Assembly (NCBI GenBank): GCA_030650425.1
Contig: JAUSED010000005.1
Span: forward strand, 270,932-334,931
From: Candidatus Omnitrophota bacterium
GTDB taxonomy: Bacteria > Omnitrophota > Gorgyraeia > Gygaellales > Profunditerraquicolaceae
Direction: 5' to 3'
DNA length: 64,000 nucleotides
A program made the position numbers and the translations under genes. This document shows positions 19,976 through 28,471 of the stretch, in pieces (within the stretch, counting starts at the first letter, position 1; each line of letters opens with the position of its first letter). A model generated the notes under the pieces. It saw only the letters and a program-made list of their open reading frames with translations, was not told the origin of the DNA and searched no databases.

Positions 19976-20771
19976 AGAATTAGAAGAAAAAGCAAAGCAA
20001 ATAAGACGCCTGATTATCCAGATGATTGCCAAGGCAGGCTCAGGCCATCCCGGAGGAAGCCTCTCTTCCACAGATTTAATTACCGCTTTATTCTTTTCAA
20101 TATTAAAACATGACCCTAAGAATCCTAAATGGCCTGACCGGGACAGGTTCCACATGTCTAAAGGCCACTGCTGCCCTTTGTGGTATGCGGTTCTAGCGGA
20201 ATCGGGTTATTTCCCGAAAGAAACGCTCTCGACCTTACGCCAGCTCGGTTCTATATTACAGGGGCATCCGGATAGGCGCACTCCCGGAGTAGAGGTTTCT
20301 TCGGGTTCGCTGGGACAAGGGTTATCAATTGCCTTAGGGATGAGCCTCGCGGCTAAGGTTGATAAAAAGGATTATCGGGTTTACGTCCTGCTTGGCGACG
20401 GAGAAACGCAGGAAGGGAATATTTGGGAAGCGGCTATGGCGGCAGCGCATTACCGGCGCGATAATCTCTGCGCGATTTTAGATTATAACGGATTTCAGAT
20501 TGACGGCGCAACTTCGGTGGTGATGAATTTAGATCCGGTGGCCAGTAAGTGGAAGGCTTTTGGTTGGCATACGCTCGAAATTGACGGACACGATATGCGG
20601 CAGATTCTGGCGGCCTATGATGAAGCTAAGATAATCAAGGATAAGCCCAGCATAATTATCGCCCGGACGATCAAAGGCAAGGGAGTATCTTTTATGGAAA
20701 ATGTGGTGGATTTTCATGGACGCGCCCCCACGCAGGAAGAAGCAGCGAGGGCATTGAAAGAGTTAGCCTAG
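19950..20771 (+). CDS. tktA: Transketolase, N-terminal (TPP-binding) subunit.
   Basis: 273 aa. GHPGGSLS…GDGE…GN TPP motif. The split form is typical of archaea and some anaerobes. Confidence 0.85.
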   Translation: MPATPNQIKELEEKAKQIRRLIIQMIAKAGSGHPGGSLSSTDLITALFFSILKHDPKNPKWPDRDRFHMSKGHCCPLWYAVLAESGYFPKETLSTLRQLGSILQGHPDRRTPGVEVSSGSLGQGLSIALGMSLAAKVDKKDYRVYVLLGDGETQEGNIWEAAMAAAHYRRDNLCAILDYNGFQIDGATSVVMNLDPVASKWKAFGWHTLEIDGHDMRQILAAYDEAKIIKDKPSIIIARTIKGKGVSFMENVVDFHGRAPTQEEAARALKELA

Positions 20772-20779
20772 GATTTAGA

Positions 20780-21715
20780 ATGGAACAATTATACCAAAGA
20801 GATATATACGGCAAGACCTTAGTCGAACTGGGAAAAGAGAATAAAAATATTGTTGTTTTGGATGCTGATCTTTCCAGTTCCACGCGCACCGGCCTTTTCG
20901 CCAAGGAATTTCCCGAAAGATTTTTTAACTTCGGGGTGGCCGAGCAAAATATGATGGCTACTGCCGCAGGCTTAGCCAGCTGCGGGAAGATGGTTTTTGT
21001 ATCCACTTTCGCCATATTTGCTTCTGGCCGGGCCTGGGATCAGGTGCGTAATTCCATTTGTCATAGCAATCTTAATGTTAAGATTGTCGCCACCCACGCC
21101 GGTATCTCTGTCGGGCCTGACGGCGCAAGCCATCAGGCATTGGAAGATATCGCGTTGATGCGGGTAATCCCGAATATGAATATTTTGGTTCCCTGTGACG
21201 GCCCGCAGGCAGCTGAGGCGGTTAGAGCGGCTGTTAATACTGATGGCCCGTTTTATATCCGTTTAGGCAGGCCGAAAGTGCCGACCCTGGAAAATAAAGG
21301 AAAATTTGAATTAGGCAAGGCCCAAGTTTTAAGCGAGGGTAATGATATCGCTATTCTCGCCTGTGGAATTATGGTCACTGAAGCGCTGACAGCAGTGAAT
21401 AATTTGGCTAAGCAAGGCGTTAAAGCGCGCCTGATTAATGTCCATAGTATAAGGCCGATAGACTGTCAAACAATACTTAAGGCTGCTCAGGAGACCCGTG
21501 GCCTAGTCGTCTGCGAAGAGCACAATATTACCGGAGGCCTGAGCTCTTGTGTTGATGAAATAGTCGCGGAAAATAATCCCGCCAGAGTAATGCGAATCGG
21601 CGTAAGAAACAGGTTTGGCCAAAGCGGCGAGCCGGCTGAGCTTTTAAAAGAATACAACTTAACTAGCGCGGATATAGAAAGAGCGGCATTAACTTGTTAT
21701 AGTAAATGTAAGTAA
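20780..21715 (+). CDS. tktB: Transketolase, C-terminal (pyrimidine-binding) subunit.
   Basis: 311 aa. Transketolase central and C-terminal domains. Immediately downstream of the N-terminal subunit. Confidence 0.85.
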   Translation: MEQLYQRDIYGKTLVELGKENKNIVVLDADLSSSTRTGLFAKEFPERFFNFGVAEQNMMATAAGLASCGKMVFVSTFAIFASGRAWDQVRNSICHSNLNVKIVATHAGISVGPDGASHQALEDIALMRVIPNMNILVPCDGPQAAEAVRAAVNTDGPFYIRLGRPKVPTLENKGKFELGKAQVLSEGNDIAILACGIMVTEALTAVNNLAKQGVKARLINVHSIRPIDCQTILKAAQETRGLVVCEEHNITGGLSSCVDEIVAENNPARVMRIGVRNRFGQSGEPAELLKEYNLTSADIERAALTCYSKCK

Positions 21716-21716
21716 A

Positions 21717-22583
21717 TTGATCATTCAATCCTTCGCTAAAGTAAACCTGTTCCTGGAAGTCCTCCATAAACGCAAAGATAATTTCCATAATATTGATTCC
21801 CTTTTCGAAAGAATAAGCCTCTCCGACAAGATCATCTTAAAAAACCGGCGGGATAATTTTATCAAGGCCAACTGTAATGATCCGAGAGTACCTTTGGATG
21901 AAACCAATCTCTGTTTTAAGGCGGCAAAATTATTACAGGATAAATTTAAAATAAAAAAAGGCTTGGATATTAAAATAATCAAACGTATCCCTGTCGGCGC
22001 GGGTTTAGGGGGCGGCTCAAGTAACGCTGCCAGCGTGTTATTAGCCTTAAACAGGCTCTGGAGATTGAAGCTTAGCAAAGTAAAGCTTGCCAAGCTTGCC
22101 GCCAAAATAGGGAGCGACGTTACTTTCTTTGTTTATGAAGCAGCTTTTGCCCGTGTCCGCGGCCGCGGAGAAAAAATCCATGCGCTCAATAAATTAAATA
22201 AAGTAAGGCTTTGGCATATTTTAGTTGTGCCTAAGATTCACGTTTCCACTCCTTTAATCTACAAGAAATGGGATGATTTTGGGGTGTTGACAAAGCCAGT
22301 ATCAAATGTTAAAATATTAACTTCGGTATTGCTTAAAAAGGATAACATTTTCAAACCCGGTTTCTTATTTAACAGCTTAGAGCAGGTTACGCTTAAGCTA
22401 TATCCTGAAGTAATTCGTGTCAAGGAGACGCTCGCCGGATTAGGGCTGAAATCAGCGCTTATGTCCGGAAGTGGCCCGGCTGTATTTGCGCCTGTTGCTT
22501 CAGGAAAAAAAGCGGCAGCATTGGTGAAAAAGGTCAATAAAGAGGGAAGGCCTTGGCTTACTTTTGCGGTGAGTACGGTTTAA
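21717..22583 (+). CDS. ispE: 4-diphosphocytidyl-2-C-methyl-D-erythritol kinase.
   Basis: 288 aa. N-terminal …AKVNLFLEV… and GHMP-kinase PxGAGLGGGSSNAA motif. Confidence 0.8.
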   Translation: MIIQSFAKVNLFLEVLHKRKDNFHNIDSLFERISLSDKIILKNRRDNFIKANCNDPRVPLDETNLCFKAAKLLQDKFKIKKGLDIKIIKRIPVGAGLGGGSSNAASVLLALNRLWRLKLSKVKLAKLAAKIGSDVTFFVYEAAFARVRGRGEKIHALNKLNKVRLWHILVVPKIHVSTPLIYKKWDDFGVLTKPVSNVKILTSVLLKKDNIFKPGFLFNSLEQVTLKLYPEVIRVKETLAGLGLKSALMSGSGPAVFAPVASGKKAAALVKKVNKEGRPWLTFAVSTV

Positions 22584-22603
22584 TCCAGAGGCCTGAATAA
22601 AGG

Positions 22604-22717
22604 CTCCGCGCATAGCGCGGAGTTAAATAAGCGCCAAACGCAGATACCGCACATAGTGCGGTATCAAACAAGCCATAAGCACCAGAGGTATGGCTTGTTT
22701 GAGAGGCGGCGCTTATT
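22604..22717 (+). promoter_or_regulatory. Multi-hairpin structured 5' leader of spoVG.
   Basis: Three hairpins: CTCCGCGC-ATA-GCGCGGAG (22604-22622), GATACCGCAC-ATA-GTGCGGTATC (22643-22665), and CAAACAAGCCATA…TATGGCTTGTTTG (22666-22702). They are enclosed by an outer stem AAATAAGCGCC / GGCGCTTATTT (22626-22636 / 22707-22717), which abuts the RBS. Confidence 0.4.
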
Positions 22718-22732
22718 TAAGGAGGTTTGAAG

Positions 22733-23125
22733 ATGGAGATCACCGAAGCCAAAGTAGCCCTGAGGGATTCACCGGATAAGAAACTTAAGGCGTACGCCAC
22801 GGTAACCTTTGACAATTCCTTCGTCGTACGAAACATAAAAGTAATCGAAGGGACAAACGGCCTATTCATCGCTATGCCTTCCCGGAAAGTAAGGCAGCCC
22901 TGTCCAAAGTGCAATTTTAAAAATGAATTACGCAGCAAGTTTTGTAATCAATGCGCTGCCAGTCTCCCTCAAGCTCCTGCTTCACTAGAGCGCGAGGATG
23001 GTTTAAATGTTCAGCTGGAGCATAAGGATATTGCCCATCCTATAACGCAAGCCTTTAGGGAATATCTACAGAAGAAGATTCTAGAGGCCTACGGGCAGGA
23101 GAGGGCGAAAGTAGTGTCATTTTAG
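22733..23125 (+). CDS. spoVG: SpoVG with a C-terminal zinc-ribbon extension.
   Basis: [12 protein letters not shown]…[11 protein letters not shown] is the canonical SpoVG core. The extra roughly 45 aa carry CPKC…CNQC. AAGGAGG RBS 7 nt upstream of the ATG at 22733. Confidence 0.75.
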   Translation: MEITEAKVALRDSPDKKLKAYATVTFDNSFVVRNIKVIEGTNGLFIAMPSRKVRQPCPKCNFKNELRSKFCNQCAASLPQAPASLEREDGLNVQLEHKDIAHPITQAFREYLQKKILEAYGQERAKVVSF

Positions 23126-23134
23126 GTTTAGCTC

Positions 23135-23205
23135 TGGGATGTCGTCCAATGGTAGGACACGAGAATTTGGGTCTCGCTATTATGGTTCGAATCCATACAT
23201 CCCAA
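23135..23205 (+). tRNA. tRNA, anticodon UUG (Gln).
   Basis: Hand-folded cloverleaf. Acceptor TGGGATG/CATCCCA (U1-A72). D-arm GTCC/GGAC. Anticodon stem CGAGA/TCTCG with loop AUUUGGG. T-arm TATGG-TTCGAAT-CCATA. G37 and A73 are atypical for Gln, so the isotype is less certain than the tRNA call. Confidence 0.6.
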
Positions 23206-23230
23206 TATTACATTAAAATAGGGAATATTT

Positions 23231-24478
23231 ATGAATAAAGATATCGCGGTCATCATTTTAGCGGCGGGAAAAGGGGAGAGGATGAAATCCGAGATCCCTA
23301 AGGTTATGCATAAGCTATGCGGGCGTAATATGCTCGCCTATGTTTTGGATTTAGCAGCCTCTTTGAGACCTAAGAAAACCGTGGTGGTTTTAGGCTATAA
23401 ACATGAATTGGTCGCCAAGTCGCTTCCTAAGAATATTTCGGCAGTTGTGCAGAAGAAACTCGTCGGCACCGCAGACGCGGTGAAAGAAGCGCTCACCAAG
23501 TTAAAAGATTTTCAGGGGACGGTTTTAGTGCTTTATGGCGATACACCATTGTTAAAAAAAGAGAGCGTGGACAAGCTCCTGAAATACCATATTGAAAATA
23601 AGGTGGACGCGACTTTACTTACCGCGCAAATGGATAAGCCCGCGGGGTATGGCCGGGTTTTACGCGATAAGCTCTCCAGCGTTTCGGGAGTGGTCGAGGA
23701 AAAAGACGCGGATGACTTTGAGAAAGATATTCAAGAGGTTAATACCGGGATCATCTGTTTTAATAAATTAAGCTTAGAAGCTGCCTTAAAGCAAGTCCGT
23801 CCAAATAACCGTAAAAAAGAATATTACCTTACTGATACCATAAAAATACTTTATACGGAAGGAAAATTAGTTGACGGAATCAAGCTCGGCGATCTGCAGG
23901 AGGCGTTGGGGATAAACTCGCGCGTGGATTTAGCTAAAGCAGGCGCGCTTATGCAGCAGCGGATCAACGAGAAGTTTATGCTTGACGGGGTGACAATAGT
24001 GGATGCGGGTTCGACCTTTATCAGTTACGGGGTAAAGATAGGCCAAGATAGCGTGATTTATCCCTTTACAGCCGTGGAAAGTGATGTTAAAATTGGAAAA
24101 CGCTGCTCTATCGGGCCATTCGCCCATTTAAGGGAAGGGACAAGGGTCGCGGATGAGGCAACGTTGGGTAATTTTGTAGAGACTATCCGCAGCAAAATCG
24201 GCGCCAAGGTTTTTGCCAAACATTTTTCTTATCTTGGGGATGCCTCTGTGGGGAGAAAAGTGAATATCGGCGCCGGAACCGTTACCGCGAATTTTGACGG
24301 CCGCAATAAGCACTCTACAGTGATAAAAGATAACGCGATGATCGGTTCAGATACGATTTTAGTCGCGCCGGTTAAAATCGGTAAAGGCGCGTTTACCGGA
24401 GCCGGCGCAGTGGTCTTGAATGATGTCCCGGAGAATAGAAAAGCCGTGGGTGTGCCGGCGAGGATATTAAAAAAATAA
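23231..24478 (+). CDS. glmU: Bifunctional GlcNAc-1-P uridyltransferase / GlcN-1-P acetyltransferase.
   Basis: 415 aa. N-terminal LAAGKGERM nucleotidyltransferase motif plus C-terminal left-handed beta-helix hexapeptide repeats. Confidence 0.85.
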   Translation: MNKDIAVIILAAGKGERMKSEIPKVMHKLCGRNMLAYVLDLAASLRPKKTVVVLGYKHELVAKSLPKNISAVVQKKLVGTADAVKEALTKLKDFQGTVLVLYGDTPLLKKESVDKLLKYHIENKVDATLLTAQMDKPAGYGRVLRDKLSSVSGVVEEKDADDFEKDIQEVNTGIICFNKLSLEAALKQVRPNNRKKEYYLTDTIKILYTEGKLVDGIKLGDLQEALGINSRVDLAKAGALMQQRINEKFMLDGVTIVDAGSTFISYGVKIGQDSVIYPFTAVESDVKIGKRCSIGPFAHLREGTRVADEATLGNFVETIRSKIGAKVFAKHFSYLGDASVGRKVNIGAGTVTANFDGRNKHSTVIKDNAMIGSDTILVAPVKIGKGAFTGAGAVVLNDVPENRKAVGVPARILKK

Positions 24479-24487
24479 GAGGTAAAT

Positions 24488-25426
24488 ATGGATAAATTAG
24501 CGGTATTTAGCGGTAATGCTCATCATCAATTAGCCGAAGATATCTCTAAATACCTTAAGGTAAAATTGTCGGACGCGACAGTAACCAGATTTAGCGAAGG
24601 AGAGATCCGCGTAAAGATTAATGAGAATATCCGCGGCAAAGATGTTTTCGTGGTTCAGCCGACCTGCCCGCCGGCAAACGAGAACCTGATGGAGTTATTG
24701 ATCATGATGGATGCGATGCGGCGTTCATCCGCCCTGCGCATAACCACGGTTATCCCTTATTTCGGTTATGCCCGTCAGGATAGGAAAGATCAGCCGCGCG
24801 TGCCGATTACGGCAAAGTTAGTGGCGAACCTCTTGACTACCGCCGGAGCAAATCGCATCCTGACCATGGATTTACATGCCGGACAAATCCAGGGATTTTT
24901 TGATATACCGGTAGATCATCTTTTTTCTATCGGCGTCTTTATCGATTATTTCGAACAGATCAAAATTAAAGATCTGGTTGTGGTTTCTCCCGATGTTGGC
25001 GGCATAAAAATGGCCCGGGCTTACGCCAAGAGATTAGGTTCGCCTTTGGCGATCATTGATAAACGCAGGGAGTCTCCGGAGAAGACCGAGGCAATGCATA
25101 TTTTGGGAGAAGTGGAAGGCAAGAACGCTATTATCGTCGATGATTTGATTGCTACCGGCAGCTCATTATTTGAAGGAGTGGACGCGCTTAAAAAAGCCGG
25201 AGCAAAAAACATATTCGCGGCAATCGCGCACGGAGTCTTGTCCGGCCCGGCCCTGGAGCGTTTGGATAAATGCGCTAATTTAAAGGAGCTGGTAATCACG
25301 GATAGCATCCCTTTGGAAAAAAACAAAGTTCGTCCCAAGATTAAAGTTTTAAGCGTAGCAAACCTTTTAGGTGAGGCAATTAAGAGGATACACAACGAAG
25401 AATCAGTGAGTTCTTTGTTTGACTAA
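24488..25426 (+). CDS. prs: Ribose-phosphate pyrophosphokinase.
   Basis: 312 aa. Starts …FSGNAHHQLAEDI…, then …DLHAGQIQGFFDIPVD…, then DDLIATGSS. Confidence 0.9.
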   Translation: MDKLAVFSGNAHHQLAEDISKYLKVKLSDATVTRFSEGEIRVKINENIRGKDVFVVQPTCPPANENLMELLIMMDAMRRSSALRITTVIPYFGYARQDRKDQPRVPITAKLVANLLTTAGANRILTMDLHAGQIQGFFDIPVDHLFSIGVFIDYFEQIKIKDLVVVSPDVGGIKMARAYAKRLGSPLAIIDKRRESPEKTEAMHILGEVEGKNAIIVDDLIATGSSLFEGVDALKKAGAKNIFAAIAHGVLSGPALERLDKCANLKELVITDSIPLEKNKVRPKIKVLSVANLLGEAIKRIHNEESVSSLFD

Positions 25427-25440
25427 AAAAATCAATAGAC

Positions 25441-25471
25441 AGGGGACACTTTCCTTTGGAAAGTGTCCCCT
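25441..25471. repeat. Perfect 31-nt palindrome AGGGGACACTTTCC-TTT-GGAAAGTGTCCCCT. This is the minimal form of the GGGGACA element.
   Basis: Seen directly. Lies between prs and rplY. Confidence 0.85.
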
Positions 25472-25498
25472 GCTAGGCAGTAAAGGAGAGAATTTAAC

Positions 25499-26212
25499 AT
25501 GGAAGAATTATTTTTGGACGCAGAAATCAGGGAAGAAATAGGCAGGGGTAAAGTCAAGGCCTTAAAGGACAAAGGTTTTATCCCGGCTGTGGTTTACGCT
25601 GACGGCAAAGAAGCTTTAGCCTTAAAGCTTTCGCATCGGCAGCTGGTGCAGCTGGTGCATCATCATCGTATCGAAGGTGTGGTGATTAATCTCAATATAA
25701 AAGATGATCAGAAGCAAAAATCGAGGCCATGTTTAATTAAAGAGATTCAGCATGACCCTGTTCACGGAGAGATAGTGCATGTGGATTTTAACCAGATATC
25801 GCTTACTAAAGCGATTAAAGTCAATGTTCCCGTGGCAGCTAAGGGCGAGCCTATGGGTGTAAAACAAGAAGGCGGTTCATTAGAGCATATACTTTGGGAG
25901 ATAGAAGTAGAGTGTCTTCCTACGAATATCCCTAAGGATATTGAGATAGACGTGAGCGCGCTTAAAATGGGCGAATCTATACATGTTGAAGATATTGTCG
26001 TTCCGCAAGGCGTTAAGATTCTGAATGACCCGGGCGCGATTGTTTTATCGGTAATCGCTCCGATGAAAGAAGAGGTACCGGTTGAGGCGGTAGAAGGTGA
26101 AGCAGCGCAAGAGCCGGAAGTAATCAAAGAAAAGAAGGAAGTGCCGGCTGAAGGCAGCGCTGAAGAAGGAAAAGAAGCTAAAGAAGGCAAAGAGGCCAAA
26201 GAGAAGAAGTGA
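25499..26212 (+). CDS. rplY: 50S ribosomal protein L25 / general stress protein Ctc, with an E/K-rich C-terminal tail.
   Basis: 237 aa. L25/Ctc beta-barrel core followed by a tail (…EGKEAKEGKEAKEKK). Confidence 0.8.
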   Translation: MEELFLDAEIREEIGRGKVKALKDKGFIPAVVYADGKEALALKLSHRQLVQLVHHHRIEGVVINLNIKDDQKQKSRPCLIKEIQHDPVHGEIVHVDFNQISLTKAIKVNVPVAAKGEPMGVKQEGGSLEHILWEIEVECLPTNIPKDIEIDVSALKMGESIHVEDIVVPQGVKILNDPGAIVLSVIAPMKEEVPVEAVEGEAAQEPEVIKEKKEVPAEGSAEEGKEAKEGKEAKEKK

Positions 26213-26778
26213 AGTTAATCGTAGGCTTGGGTAATCCCGGCATACTTTACGCGAGTTCGAGGCATAATATCGGTTTTCAGGCCGTAAAATATTTAGCCAA
26301 AGTTAAGAAAATAGCTCTTAAAAAAGAAAAGGGAATCCGGGCCTTAAGCGCTAAGGCCAAGATCGAAGGTATGGAGGTAGTTTTGGCGATTCCGCTTACC
26401 TTCATGAATCTGTCCGGAGAAGCAGTCAGGCAATTAATTAAGAAATATAAAATAGATTTAGGCGATCTTTTGGTAGTCTGTGATGATTTAGACCTTGAAT
26501 TCGGCAGGCTTAAAATACGCTCCAGCGGTTCTTCCGCGGGCCACCGCGGGGTTAAATCCATAATCGATGCTTTGGGCAGCGATCAATTCAGCAGGCTGCG
26601 TATCGGCATAGGCAGGCCTGAGGATAATAGCACAGCAGCGGATTACGTTCTTTCGCGTTTTAATAAAAGAGAGCAGGGCCAGCTTAGCGCGATAATTAAG
26701 AAGGCGGCCGAGTGTTGTCAGGTTTGGGTTAGCGAAGGCATAGATAAGAGCATGAGTATTTTTAACCGTAATAAATGA
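26209..26778 (+). CDS. pth: Peptidyl-tRNA hydrolase.
   Basis: 189 aa. LIVGLGNPG…Y..SRHNIGF Pth signature. Confidence 0.85.
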   Translation: MKLIVGLGNPGILYASSRHNIGFQAVKYLAKVKKIALKKEKGIRALSAKAKIEGMEVVLAIPLTFMNLSGEAVRQLIKKYKIDLGDLLVVCDDLDLEFGRLKIRSSGSSAGHRGVKSIIDALGSDQFSRLRIGIGRPEDNSTAADYVLSRFNKREQGQLSAIIKKAAECCQVWVSEGIDKSMSIFNRNK

Positions 26779-26784
26779 TGCAGA

Positions 26785-26880
26785 CACCCGGCGCTAAGCA
26801 GGCACCCGGCGCTTATTTGAATTGCGCCGGTGTTCGCCTGGTGGCGAAGAATTGCGCCGGTGTTTCGCTTTCTGCGAAAG
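26785..26880 (+). promoter_or_regulatory. Structured leader upstream of rpsF with duplicated segments and alternative hairpins.
   Basis: CACCCGGCGCT occurs twice (26785, 26803). GAATTGCGCCGGTGTT occurs twice (26817, 26849) and is complementary to the former. A terminal hairpin TTTCGC-TTTCT-GCGAAA sits at the RBS. Confidence 0.35.
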
Positions 26881-26890
26881 GAGTTAGAGT

Positions 26891-27178
26891 ATGAATAAGT
26901 ATGAAGGATTGATCATTGTTAAACCGGATTTATCGGAAGAAGATAGGAAAAATCTTTTTCTTCAGATTGATGAAGCCGTAACTAAACATCACGGCGTCAT
27001 TTCGCAGGGCGGGCTCTGGGCGGAGAAAAAAAAATTGTTTTTCCCGATCAAAAAATACCTGGAAGGCGTCTATTATCTTTTAAATTTTTCCGTAGATCCG
27101 CTGGCGATAAAAGATATCCGCCACGCCTATACCTTAAACGAGAATATTTTAAGGGTTTTAATAACGAAGGTGGAATAA
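26891..27178 (+). CDS. rpsF: 30S ribosomal protein S6.
   Basis: 95 aa. MNKYEGLIIVKPDLSEE… The canonical rpsF-ssb-rpsR-rplI order follows. Confidence 0.85.
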   Translation: MNKYEGLIIVKPDLSEEDRKNLFLQIDEAVTKHHGVISQGGLWAEKKKLFFPIKKYLEGVYYLLNFSVDPLAIKDIRHAYTLNENILRVLITKVE

Positions 27179-27219
27179 AGGGCAGGATTTTCTGAGATCT
27201 GTTTAGAAGGGAGAAAATT

Positions 27220-27666
27220 ATGGCTAGTTATAATAAAGTATTGCTGATGGGTAATTTGACCAAAGACCCGGAATTGCGCTACACTCCCCAAGGTGCTGCG
27301 GTAGCGAATCTACGTATGGCGGTTAATCGCAGGTACCGCGACAAAAATCAAGAATTAAAAGAAGAGGTTTGTTTTATTACCGCGGTAGTCTGGAACAAAC
27401 AGGCTGAAACCTGTAATCAGTATTTGCATAAAGGCAGCGGTCTCTTCGTGGAAGGCAGGCTGCAGTCGCGCTCTTGGGAGGATAATACCGGAGCCAAGCG
27501 CAGCGTGATTGAAGTCAGGGCGGAACGGGTGCAATTTATGGGGAGTGCCCCCGGGAAGTCTCAGGCTCAGGCCCCTGCGCCAGAGCCGCAAGAGGAATTA
27601 TCTAGTGAACCATCAACGGAATCAACATGGTTAGGGGAAAGCGAGGGAGAAGCAAATGAAAGTTAA
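27220..27666 (+). CDS. ssb: Single-stranded DNA-binding protein.
   Basis: 148 aa. OB-fold N-terminus (…NKVLLMGNLTKDPELRYTPQGAAVANL…) and an acidic C-terminus. Confidence 0.8.
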   Translation: MASYNKVLLMGNLTKDPELRYTPQGAAVANLRMAVNRRYRDKNQELKEEVCFITAVVWNKQAETCNQYLHKGSGLFVEGRLQSRSWEDNTGAKRSVIEVRAERVQFMGSAPGKSQAQAPAPEPQEELSSEPSTESTWLGESEGEANES

Positions 27667-27961
27667 GACAAAAGTCGGCGGCACTAAATCCAAGGCGTTT
27701 GTTAAGGGTAAAGGTAAAGGAAAATTCGGGGATAAAAAGCGCTCGTTGCACGCGATCACTAGAAAAAGGTTCTGTCGTCTTTGCGTGGATAAGGCCAAGT
27801 CAGTAGATTATAAAGATACCAAAAGATTGGAGGCTTTTATTACCGAAAGAGGGAAGATGCTCGCCAGCCGCTTATCCGGAAATTGCGCCAAGCACCAGAG
27901 GATTATCGCCGAAGCGATTACTAAGGCAAGATTTGTTTCACTTATGCCTTATACGCGGTAA
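27656..27961 (+). CDS. rpsR: 30S ribosomal protein S18, with a basic N-terminal extension.
   Basis: The S18 core (…RKRFCRLC…DYKDTKRLEAFITERGKMLASRLSGNCAKHQR…) is preceded by about 35 Lys/Gly-rich residues. The true start may be internal. Confidence 0.75.
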   Translation: MKVKTKVGGTKSKAFVKGKGKGKFGDKKRSLHAITRKRFCRLCVDKAKSVDYKDTKRLEAFITERGKMLASRLSGNCAKHQRIIAEAITKARFVSLMPYTR

Positions 27962-28025
27962 CATGAAGGTAGGGGCACGGTATGCCGCGCCCCTACTACA
28001 ATCGAAAGATAGCAGGAGGTTTCTT

Positions 28026-28469
28026 ATGGAAGTTATCTTAACCAAAGATGTGGATAAGCTAGGTAAGGCCGGGAGTGTAGTGAAAGTCAAAGACGGATTT
28101 GCCCGCAACCTCCTGCTGCCCAAAAAATTAGCCATTCCGGTTACTGCCGGTAATCTCAAAAAAATGGAGCAGGAAAAAGCTAAGCTTATTCAGGGGCAGG
28201 AAGAAAAAAAGCAAGCTGCCCTTGCCTTAAAAGAGCGTTTGGATAAATTATCTTTGACCATCTCGGCGGCAGCTCAAGATGAAAAAAGCTTATATGGCAG
28301 TATTACGGCGCAAGATATCTCCAATGCCCTTAAAGATGAAGGTATAGAGGTAGAAAAAAACCTGATTATTTTAGATGAGCCGATCAAATCTCCCGGAATT
28401 TTTGAGATTTCCGTAAAATTACATCCGGAAATACAGGCAAAGGTAAAAGTTTGGATTGTTAAGAAATAA
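28026..28469 (+). CDS. rplI: 50S ribosomal protein L9.
   Basis: The ATG at 28026 gives MEVILTKDVDKLGKAGSVVKVKDGFARNLLLP, the canonical L9 N-terminus. The ORF track's upstream start at 27933 is unlikely. Confidence 0.8.
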   Translation: MEVILTKDVDKLGKAGSVVKVKDGFARNLLLPKKLAIPVTAGNLKKMEQEKAKLIQGQEEKKQAALALKERLDKLSLTISAAAQDEKSLYGSITAQDISNALKDEGIEVEKNLIILDEPIKSPGIFEISVKLHPEIQAKVKVWIVKK

Positions 28470-28471
28470 TC

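Noticed and set aside
27933-28025. The upstream start at 27933 for rplI.
   Set aside because: The ATG at 28026 yields the canonical L9 N-terminus MEVILTKDV. The extension would overlap the rpsR end and the intergenic hairpin region.
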